A DNA stretch of 34,478 nucleotides from a virus (Duplodnaviria; Caudoviricetes): IMG/VR virus record IMGVR_UViG_3300035102_000153, positions 1 to 34,478 of that record; one strand, given 5' to 3'. Position numbers and translations under genes: made by a program. The notes beneath the pieces are model-generated. The model was given only the letters and a program-made list of their open reading frames with translations. It had not been told where the DNA came from and made no database searches. This document shows positions 27,206 to 34,351 of the stretch, in pieces. Positions within the stretch are counted from its first letter, which is position 1. Every line of letters starts with the position of its first letter.

Positions 27206-28457
27206 TACAGACTATGGGTTAGTTTACGACGATGAAGGTAAAATATGTGTAACCAAAAGAACAGATATAATCCCATTTTCGGGTGTAACTTCATATGCGG
27301 TGGAAACTGCAACTACAAACTATTTGGCACCACATGCATGGGAGTTTGATAGTGAACAGACACTGTTTTATCCCAGTGGATTAGCTGAAGGTAAAACATG
27401 GGCTGACTGCTGGGATGAGAAACAAAAAGCATATGTAGGAGGACAAGGTTTAACATGTTGGAATATTGAGACAAGATCTATTGATTTAGGTTCAGTTCAA
27501 GCTGCTGGGACAAAAATAACTTTGTCATGGAAACATAAAGGATATTTATGGTATATTGTTTTATATCATAGTTTAGATAATACAACATTCACTAGCTGGA
27601 ATTCAGCTGATACGCTGGAATTTAAAGGAGATTCTTCACTTAGGAACATTTCAGATGGCTTGTACATTAATATAGATGGAAAAAGTACAGATCGGTATGG
27701 TCAACCTGAACAGCTACTTGATAGATGGTATAATGTAGAAATTACATATACATTGCCATCAGATACAAGATATATCAAACTTACTTGGAATTTTTTCGAG
27801 GCAGATCAAGCTAATGGTGGGCTTGGCGTTTTAGGCTATATCAGACAGCCACAATTGGAAATCAAGCCATTTGCTTCAAGCTTTGTAAACGGTTCTCGAC
27901 CAAATGGCAGGCTTGTGGTTCCATTAGAAAAATTGGGTTTCAATCCCGCAACCGATGATTGGGTTGTGCATTATTGGAAATACCCAGTGGCGACAGACAC
28001 CAATGATTTGACTGGTTACAATTTGTGTTCAATTGGCAGATGGGCGAGTGATAATTTAGAAGGCTACATATGGTGGGGGAAAGAAATCGGTTCTAATGTT
28101 TTTAAAATATATTTAGTTTACAATGACTCAACATTTGCTTCTGTAACATCTCCTAGTTTTGACCCAGCTTGGTATTTCAGAAATTGGCACCACGAAGTTT
28201 TATTAAAACACGGAAGTGAAATGCAATATTGGATTGATGGAACTTTACAAGTACAACTTGCACTTGCAAAACCATTGTTAAATAACTTTGTAGTAGGATT
28301 AACACTCGGTGGTTATGCTACAGCACCTGCTAACAATTCTTACATAGCCAACCTATGTTATGGCAAATATACAGACCAGTGGACACCCGAATTTATACAA
28401 GAAATTTACCAGCAACGAAACGGCTTCTTTGTACCACCGAAGGCTGTTATAGTTTAG
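27192..28457 (+). CDS. Putative receptor-binding protein with a concanavalin A/LamG-like C-terminus
   Basis: AVETATTN motif; C-terminal WHHEVL....YWIDG..Q...LTLGG...NSYIANL; GAGGTG RBS favours ATG 27192. Confidence 0.65.
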   Translation: MAQHNTDYGLVYDDEGKICVTKRTDIIPFSGVTSYAVETATTNYLAPHAWEFDSEQTLFYPSGLAEGKTWADCWDEKQKAYVGGQGLTCWNIETRSIDLGSVQAAGTKITLSWKHKGYLWYIVLYHSLDNTTFTSWNSADTLEFKGDSSLRNISDGLYINIDGKSTDRYGQPEQLLDRWYNVEITYTLPSDTRYIKLTWNFFEADQANGGLGVLGYIRQPQLEIKPFASSFVNGSRPNGRLVVPLEKLGFNPATDDWVVHYWKYPVATDTNDLTGYNLCSIGRWASDNLEGYIWWGKEIGSNVFKIYLVYNDSTFASVTSPSFDPAWYFRNWHHEVLLKHGSEMQYWIDGTLQVQLALAKPLLNNFVVGLTLGGYATAPANNSYIANLCYGKYTDQWTPEFIQEIYQQRNGFFVPPKAVIV

Positions 28458-28468
28458 GAGGTGAAAAT

Positions 28469-28963
28469 ATGGAAAAGCTTGACAGAAAAACTTGCTTTAG
28501 TTATTGTCTTGAAGCAAGCAAAGAAACGGGCTTGGACGCATGTTTAATATATGCACTTATTGAAACCGAAAGCAACCGTGTCGTAGATGCTGTTTCAAAG
28601 ACAGGTGCATGCGGGCTTATGCAAATAACTGACATAGCACGTCAGGAAGTGAATAGCTACTACGGTTTGCATTTCACGAAAGAAGACATGAAATACCCGT
28701 TACCAAATATAAGAATAGGTGCTTTGTATTTAAATAGGTGGTACCAGTATTTTCTTAGCCAAGACTTTGAAAATGGCATGGCTTTGCTATTTGCTTTGAT
28801 GTCGTATAACTGGGGGTATGGCAATATTTTGAAATGGCTTGATGAAGGCATGGAAGACAATCAGCGTATAACAGAATTAATACCCCATGAAAAACTACAG
28901 TATAACGAAGATGTGATGTGGTGGTATGCGTGGGCAAAAAACCATTTAAAGGAGGTTTTATAA
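28469..28963 (+). CDS. Lytic transglycosylase (SLT family) endolysin
   Basis: ALIETES (catalytic Glu), AVSKTGACGLMQI, NIRIGALYL, SYNWGYG; GGAGGTG RBS before ATG 28469. Confidence 0.92.
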   Translation: MEKLDRKTCFSYCLEASKETGLDACLIYALIETESNRVVDAVSKTGACGLMQITDIARQEVNSYYGLHFTKEDMKYPLPNIRIGALYLNRWYQYFLSQDFENGMALLFALMSYNWGYGNILKWLDEGMEDNQRITELIPHEKLQYNEDVMWWYAWAKNHLKEVL

Positions 28964-29245
28964 ATGTCTGAAACATTGGCAGTAGTAATTACTTTAGTAG
29001 TTACTATAGGTATTCAATTATTGAAACCTGAATGGTTTGTCGGCTGGTTTCTTGACTTAACCGACAACAAATTCAAAAATAAAGAACAGTCAAATAAAAT
29101 GCAGAATAGTCTTGGTGAAAAAGCCGTCGAAATAGGTACCAGACTTTTAGAACATAATCCAGACAAACCTGTAATAACCGAAGCAACCAAAACCATAAAA
29201 GAAGCAAATGAAAAAATAAAGAATGAACTAAAAAACCTATTATAG
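28964..29245 (+). CDS. Single-pass membrane protein of the lysis cassette (holin- or i-spanin-like)
   Basis: N-terminal TM helix (LAVVITLVVTIGIQLL) then a helical tail; follows the endolysin; GGAGGT RBS. Confidence 0.7.
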   Translation: MSETLAVVITLVVTIGIQLLKPEWFVGWFLDLTDNKFKNKEQSNKMQNSLGEKAVEIGTRLLEHNPDKPVITEATKTIKEANEKIKNELKNLL

Positions 29246-29517
29246 CCTTACCAAGGGCTATTCTACAGGTAAAGAATGAAATAAACAGCTTTCTAAAGAA
29301 ATACGGTATAATAGTAGAAGTCAAAGAAAATGGAATATTTTTCTACAAAGAACAACAAACCATAAAAATTGACACGGAAGCAAAGATGGAAGAAATAAAC
29401 AAGCAAATATTTGAAATGCTGAAAACAGAAGAAGAAAAGCAAAAAATTGAAACGTGGAATAAACAATTAATACAGTCGTTTGAAGAAATAAAAAATAGAA
29501 ACCAATACCCACCGTAA
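29230..29517 (+). CDS. -1 frame extension of the lysis membrane protein (95 codons)
   Basis: A AAA AAC at 29230-29236; the -1 frame opens right after a TGA (29224) and has no ATG until 29386; stem/pseudoknot 5 nt downstream; terminator follows its stop. Confidence 0.7.
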   Translation, partial: KKPIIALPRAILQVKNEINSFLKKYGIIVEVKENGIFFYKEQQTIKIDTEAKMEEINKQIFEMLKTEEEKQKIETWNKQLIQSFEEIKNRNQYPP

Positions 29518-29541
29518 TCCCCCATAAAACTCCTGGACATT

Positions 29542-29567
29542 ATGCCCCCTTAATGGGGGTATTTTTC
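29542..29567 (+). terminator. Rho-independent terminator ending the late operon
   Basis: ATGCCCCC-TTAAT-GGGGGTAT followed by a T run. Confidence 0.8.
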
Positions 29568-29773
29568 TTATTTAATTACCCCTTCTTTATATACGCCCCT
29601 GTAAGCCTTCGTATTTTCTTCCACGACTAATTATATTCAAAACAGAAAAAAATTCATTCTGGCAAGGCTGGCAAGCAGGCAGCTAGGAAATTTCTTCTTG
29701 GAACTTAACCAAAATTTTAGTATTTCATTATTGAACAGTTATATAATAGCTACATAATATTAACATAAGACTA

Positions 29774-29802
29774 TTGACAAAGCTAAATAAATGGTATATA
29801 AT
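29774..29802 (+). promoter_or_regulatory. Consensus sigma70/SigA early promoter
   Basis: Perfect TTGACA-17 bp-TATAAT. Confidence 0.9.
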
Positions 29803-29837
29803 ACTATTGAACATCAAAAATAAAGGGAGGTAAGAAA

Positions 29838-30134
29838 ATGGAAAATGTAGAATGGATGAAAATGGTAGAAGAAAAGTACGATGAAGCAGTGGAAAAACTA
29901 GAAGAAGCAGTAGAAATAGCAAGGGGTAAAAGTTGGGGTACAGTGGATGTTTTAATGGATCAAGAAGGTTTATTGTACATTGACGAAGAAGCAAGTATAA
30001 ACACGATGGCTGGTGAAGTTTTACAAGGTGAAGCAATTTACATAGCAAGGTTAGACGCTGCAAACATAGATGAAGACACAGAAGTAGACGTTGAAAATTT
30101 AGTAGAAGTCAAGCTAGACGAATTAAATTTTTAA
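29838..30134 (+). CDS. Small, highly acidic early protein
   Basis: GGAGGT RBS; first gene after the consensus promoter; very D/E rich. Confidence 0.8.
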   Translation: MENVEWMKMVEEKYDEAVEKLEEAVEIARGKSWGTVDVLMDQEGLLYIDEEASINTMAGEVLQGEAIYIARLDAANIDEDTEVDVENLVEVKLDELNF

Positions 30135-30147
30135 AGGAGGTGGAAAA

Positions 30148-30387
30148 ATGAAAGAAAAGAAATATTTGACAATGAAAGAAGCTATGGAAGTCTTAGACTT
30201 GACTTATAGGGGCGTACATGAACACATTAGAAAGGGCAATATAAAAGCTATTAGGTCATCGTCAAGAACTTTGTTTATACCAGAAGAAGAAATAAATAAA
30301 TTCTTAGCTACACATAGGTTGGTGGAAAATGGCAGTAGAAAGGTGTACGTAGCTTTACCAAATTCAAAAAAGGAAGGTGAGAAGTAA
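30148..30387 (+). CDS. Excisionase-like / HTH_17 DNA-binding protein
   Basis: YLTMKEAMEVLDLTYRGVHEHIRKGNIKAIR...FIPEEEINKFL. Confidence 0.85.
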   Translation: MKEKKYLTMKEAMEVLDLTYRGVHEHIRKGNIKAIRSSSRTLFIPEEEINKFLATHRLVENGSRKVYVALPNSKKEGEK

Positions 30388-30809
30388 TGGCAAAGAAAAG
30401 CATTGAACAGTTGGTGGATGACATTTTAAAAATTAAGGAAGTTGAACGTGAATTGAAGGAAAAAAGGCAGCAGCTTGAACAACAGCTTTTTGAAAGCGTG
30501 CAAAAACCCGTCGATGGAAAGCCACTTTGGATCGGTGATGACGTGAAAATAGTATGGCGTACTAATGCAAAAATTTCACAGAAGCAGGCACGTATATGGT
30601 TTGAAAAGAACCCAGATCTTTCAAGAAGAATTTTTTCAATGTCGTTCAAACCAAAAATTTCTGAAATTTCAAAGTTAGAAAGAACAGTCGTGTTTGAACC
30701 TGAAAAGTTGCCGGGTTGGATGAAAGACTTTGCTAAAATAAAAGAAGACATTGAAATTGAAGAAAAACCAGCTTTAGAAATAGTGAAAAAGGAAGGTGAG
30801 GAACAATGA
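30387..30809 (+). CDS. Hypothetical recombination-module protein
   Basis: N-terminal coiled coil; translationally coupled to the recombinase gene. Confidence 0.7.
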   Translation: MAKKSIEQLVDDILKIKEVERELKEKRQQLEQQLFESVQKPVDGKPLWIGDDVKIVWRTNAKISQKQARIWFEKNPDLSRRIFSMSFKPKISEISKLERTVVFEPEKLPGWMKDFAKIKEDIEIEEKPALEIVKKEGEEQ

Positions 30810-31726
30810 CTGAAAAGAAAAACGAAATGGAAGCAAAGAAAAACAACGAAGTAGAAAAGAAAGAAGACATCGGGCTTATAAGACGTATGTTTGCAAAGGG
30901 CGCTAACGAAGATGAATTTAGGGTATTTCTAGAGCTGGCAAAACGTTATAACCTTGATCCGTTCAAAAGGCAAATATACCTTCTTAAATCAATCAATTCT
31001 AATGAACCAGCTACAATCATGACCAGCCATGCCGGGCTTATTCACATTGCACATGAAAGTGGGAAATGGGCAGGTATGAAGACGCTGTTGCTGACTAAAA
31101 GTGGTAAGGAAGTTTTGGTTTGTGATCCAGAAGACATAGCCGGTGCGGTGTGTTACATATGGCGTACAGATTGGAAAGAACCATTGGTTCATGCAGTTTC
31201 TTTTGATGAATATTATAGAAGGATGCCCCATGGTAAAAGAAACATATGGGACGAAAAACCTGCTACTATGATCAAGAAAGTTGCTGAAGCAGGTGCCCTG
31301 CGTAGGGCATTTGACTTAGGTGGTTTATATACAGAAGATGAAATGGATGTCAACTATTCACCTGTTGAATATGAAGAAGAAAAAACAGAAAGACCTGTAA
31401 GTCAGAAACCAAATATTAAAAAAGAACTTCCAAAAAACAACATAACGTATTTGGCTTTGCTAAAACGTATTAAAGAAGTTGAAGAACGGTTTGACGTTAA
31501 GAATTTACAAAAGCAATTAGAAAAGAAACTGAATAAGAAATTAGAACAATTTACAGAAAGGCAATTGAAACAAGCGATCAACGCAGTAGACAAGTTGGAA
31601 GCAAAGAAAATAGAAGAAATGCAGCAAAATACATATACAAATGAAGACATTATTGTAGAAGAACCAGAAGGCACCGATGAAATAGATGAAAGGTTAGAAG
31701 AAATAAAACAAATATTTGAAAACTAA
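30806..31726 (+). CDS. bet: Bet/RecT-family single-strand annealing recombinase
   Basis: FLELAKRYNLDPFKRQIY, GAVCYIWR.D, W...PATMIKKVAEAGALRRAF..GGLYTEDEM. Confidence 0.9.
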   Translation: MTEKKNEMEAKKNNEVEKKEDIGLIRRMFAKGANEDEFRVFLELAKRYNLDPFKRQIYLLKSINSNEPATIMTSHAGLIHIAHESGKWAGMKTLLLTKSGKEVLVCDPEDIAGAVCYIWRTDWKEPLVHAVSFDEYYRRMPHGKRNIWDEKPATMIKKVAEAGALRRAFDLGGLYTEDEMDVNYSPVEYEEEKTERPVSQKPNIKKELPKNNITYLALLKRIKEVEERFDVKNLQKQLEKKLNKKLEQFTERQLKQAINAVDKLEAKKIEEMQQNTYTNEDIIVEEPEGTDEIDERLEEIKQIFEN

Positions 31727-31732
31727 TATAGA

Positions 31733-31761
31733 AACAGGCCCGTTTTGGGCCTGTTCTATTT
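31733..31761. terminator. Terminator after bet, potentially bidirectional
   Basis: AACAGGCCC-GTTTT-GGGCCTGTT stem with A/T-rich flanks on both sides. Confidence 0.75.
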
Positions 31762-31819
31762 ACCAAATCTATCATAAAAGGAGGTGAGAAGTGGATGGTG
31801 GCTCCAGATCTTCATTTAT

Positions 31820-31849
31820 ATTATAGCACTTTATTATTGGAAAAGTCAA
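31820..31849 (-). promoter_or_regulatory. Minus-strand sigma70-type promoter
   Basis: Reverse complement reads TTGACT-18 bp-TATAAT with an extended TGn motif. Confidence 0.65.
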
Positions 31850-31915
31850 GTCTTAATAAAAAATAAACTAAAATGTTATATAAAACAAAATAAAATGTTG
31901 TATAATATATTTAGT

Positions 31916-31985
31916 TTAGCAAGGTGGTGAAGATGGCGGTTACTTCGGAGTAGGGAAAATACCGTCATCGGTTGTCCCCCGCTAA
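31916..31985 (+). ncRNA. Short Y RNA-like ncRNA
   Basis: TTAGC/GCTAA closing stem; GATGGCGGT/ACCGTCATC stem; shares GTTACTTCG and AAAATAC with the next RNA; TATAAT at 31901; upstream of Ro60. Confidence 0.7.
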
Positions 31986-31986
31986 C

Positions 31987-32125
31987 GGCCCGTTGGTGTA
32001 ATGAAGAGTTACTTCGCCTGTGGAGCGGGAGGTCGTGGGTTCAAGTCCCACCTGTATGCTTCGGCATGCAGTAGCTCAGTTGGTAGAGCGCCAAAATACT
32101 CTTCATGATGGTTCCACGGGCTTTT
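31987..32125 (+). ncRNA. yrlA: YrlA-like Y RNA with a circularly permuted tRNA-like domain
   Basis: GCCCGT/ACGGGC and ATGAAGAGT/ACTCTTCAT stems enclose an anticodon-like arm, T arm (GTGGG TTCAAGT CCCAC), UUCG-capped acceptor stem and D arm (GCTC AGTTGGTA GAGC); T tail; adjacent to Ro60. Confidence 0.88.
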
Positions 32126-32156
32126 TCTTTTTATATATAAAAAAGGAGGTAATAGC

Positions 32157-33458
32157 ATGAAATTGAACACAAAGGAAAAAGCAAAAGTTACACATGAAGG
32201 TGCACCTGCAATGGAAATAGACGCTTGCCAAGAATTAAAACGTTCATTGATGGCATGCATGCTTTGGGAAGACACTTTTTACGAAAACGGCGTTGAAATT
32301 GCCCAAAGAATTGTAAGATTAGTAGGGCAAGTTAAACCAGAAGAAGCAAAGAATTTAGCAATTGAAGCCAGAGAACAAATGAAGTTAAGACATGCACCAT
32401 TGTGGGTAGCCAGGGCAATGGCACGGCTTCCAGAACATAGAAAATTAGTTGGTGAAACATTAGCAAAAATTATACAACGTCCAGATGAACTTACAGAATT
32501 TTTAGCAATTTATTGGAAGGACGGCAAAGAACCATTAGCTTCACAGGTGAAAAAAGGCTTAGCAAAAGCGTTTACAAAATTTGACGCCTACCAGTTGGCA
32601 AAATATAACAGGGATGGGCAAGTCAAACTAAGAGACGTTATGTTTTTAGTCCATCCAAAGCCTTTAAATACAAAACAAGAACAGACTTGGAAACAATTGG
32701 TAGATGGAACTTTGCCCGCACCAGACACTTGGGAAGTTGCGCTTTCTACTGGCAAGAACAAAAAAGAAACTTGGACACGTTTGTTATTAGAAAAGAAATT
32801 AGGATCACTTGCATTGCTAAGAAACTTAAGAAACATGAAAGAAGTCGGGGTTGATGCGTCACTTATAGCAGAATCAATTAAACAAATGAAAGTTGACAAA
32901 GTTTTGCCGTTTCGTTTTATTTCGGCAGCAAAGTACGCACCTGAATTCGCTGAAGAACTCGAAGCAGCTATGTTGAAAAATTTAGAACGTGAAAGAAAAT
33001 TGCGTGGCAAAACAATATTGTTGATTGACGTGTCAGCTTCAATGGAAGACACATTATCGGGAAGGTCAGAAATGACCAGAATGGATGCAGCGGCTTCGTT
33101 GGCTATTTTGGCTAGGGAACTATGCCGAGTAGAAATATATACGTTTTCAAACGACGTTGTAAAAGTTCCCGACACCAAAGGCTTCAAGCTTGTTGATGCT
33201 ATTTTGAACAGCCAGTACCATAGCGGAACGTATTTGGGGAAAGCCGTAGAAGAAATGAATTACAAAGAATACGACAGACTAATAGTTTTCACTGATGAAC
33301 AGTCCCACGACTATGTACCACAATCAAGAGGACGTGGTTATATGATCAACGTAGCTAACTATGAAAATGGTGTTGGCTATGGTGAATGGGTACACATCGA
33401 CGGCTTTTCTGAAAATATTCTAAAATATATTCAAGAATTGGAAAACTTCACATATTAA
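32157..33458 (+). CDS. rsr: Ro60/Rsr (TROVE plus vWA domain) RNA-binding protein
   Basis: THEGAPA, FDAYQLAKY, TWEVALS, ALLRNLRN, LPFRF; MIDAS DVSASM, GTYLG, FTDEQ. Confidence 0.93.
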   Translation: MKLNTKEKAKVTHEGAPAMEIDACQELKRSLMACMLWEDTFYENGVEIAQRIVRLVGQVKPEEAKNLAIEAREQMKLRHAPLWVARAMARLPEHRKLVGETLAKIIQRPDELTEFLAIYWKDGKEPLASQVKKGLAKAFTKFDAYQLAKYNRDGQVKLRDVMFLVHPKPLNTKQEQTWKQLVDGTLPAPDTWEVALSTGKNKKETWTRLLLEKKLGSLALLRNLRNMKEVGVDASLIAESIKQMKVDKVLPFRFISAAKYAPEFAEELEAAMLKNLERERKLRGKTILLIDVSASMEDTLSGRSEMTRMDAAASLAILARELCRVEIYTFSNDVVKVPDTKGFKLVDAILNSQYHSGTYLGKAVEEMNYKEYDRLIVFTDEQSHDYVPQSRGRGYMINVANYENGVGYGEWVHIDGFSENILKYIQELENFTY

Positions 33459-33464
33459 CAAAAT

Positions 33465-33495
33465 AGTCGGAGGCTTAAATAGCCTTCGGCTTTTT
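33465..33495 (+). terminator. Rho-independent terminator after Ro60
   Basis: AGTCGGAGGCT-TAAAT-AGCCTTCGGCT followed by TTTT. Confidence 0.8.
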
Positions 33496-33520
33496 ATTAT
33501 AAATTAAAAGAGGTGATCAT

Positions 33521-33679
33521 ATGAAATATAGCAAGTTAATGTCTGTGCGTATGGAAGAAGATTTTCGGAGAAAAATAAAAGCAGAAGCAGCTTTGCGTGG
33601 TATAAGCATGGCTGAATTAATTAGGGAAGCTGTTGAAGAATGGATTAAAAACCACCCAAGAACAGAAAAGGAGAGTTGA
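33521..33679 (+). CDS. Ribbon-helix-helix (CopG/ParG-like) regulator, 52 aa
   Basis: MKYSKLMSVRMEEDFRRKIKAEAALRGISMAELIREAVEEWIK...; GAGGTG RBS; below the ORF-track cutoff. Confidence 0.85.
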   Translation: MKYSKLMSVRMEEDFRRKIKAEAALRGISMAELIREAVEEWIKNHPRTEKES

Positions 33680-33751
33680 AAAAATGGAAAATTATAAAAT
33701 TAAATACAGTGAATTTGTAAAATAAATTAATTTAAAAAAGGAGGTATAACA

Positions 33752-34006
33752 ATGAAAAACTTAGGTATAGTCTTAATTGTACTTGGTTTCTTTAGCTTGC
33801 TAATATTTGGAATGTCAAGCATTGTGGTGAATTCAGCTTTTGGCTTTGCAGCTACACTATTTTGGTCAGGTTTGTTTGTCATAGTTGGTGTTATTTTCTT
33901 TTCAATAGGCAATTTGCTGGAAGCTAAAAGGCGTGAAGCAGAAGCAAAAGAAAAATACTATGAAATGAAAGCCGACATTGAACGGCATAAAAACGACGAA
34001 AAATGA
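33752..34006 (+). CDS. Small two-TM membrane protein
   Basis: Two hydrophobic helices and a charged C-terminal tail; AAGGAGGT RBS. Confidence 0.75.
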   Translation: MKNLGIVLIVLGFFSLLIFGMSSIVVNSAFGFAATLFWSGLFVIVGVIFFSIGNLLEAKRREAEAKEKYYEMKADIERHKNDEK

Positions 34007-34019
34007 AGGAGGTATAACT

Positions 34020-34343
34020 ATGGACGGTAAGCAGTGGGTAAAATTAATTGAAAGCAACCGTGGACCATTAAAACGAACTATGGAAAGAATGATTTCTAAG
34101 GCATTTCAATTGAAAAAAGGTATATTCGAGGTAATTCTTGACAAGGATGGTGAAATTAGAACGAAAATATATTTTTCAAAACCTTACCAAGACGGTAAAA
34201 CAATTATAAGGGAAGCCATTCCAATTATGCGTGTGTATGGGCAAAGGGTTAAGAACCTTGATGAAAATTCATACCAAGAAGTGTGTGAAAATCTTGATTA
34301 TTTCATTGAAATAGCAGAAGATTACGTAAAAAAATATTATTAA
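34020..34343 (+). CDS. Hypothetical early protein, probable paralog of 443-850
   Basis: AAGGAGGT RBS before ATG 34020; MDGKQWVKLIE start. Confidence 0.8.
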   Translation: MDGKQWVKLIESNRGPLKRTMERMISKAFQLKKGIFEVILDKDGEIRTKIYFSKPYQDGKTIIREAIPIMRVYGQRVKNLDENSYQEVCENLDYFIEIAEDYVKKYY

Positions 34344-34351
34344 GGAGGTAT

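Noticed and set aside
23036-28457. Diversity-generating retroelement acting on tail genes
   Set aside because: No reverse transcriptase and no template/variable repeat pair seen
31776-31826. Plus-strand ORF after the strong SD at 31776-31786
   Set aside because: The GTG frame closes after 11 codons and the ATG frame runs through promoter DNA; a minus-strand RNA fits better
32013-32090. Canonical tRNA-His gene or attP tRNA fragment
   Set aside because: Arm order is permuted, the acceptor is closed by UUCG, there is no CCA, and no integrase is present; better explained as a YrlA-like RNA
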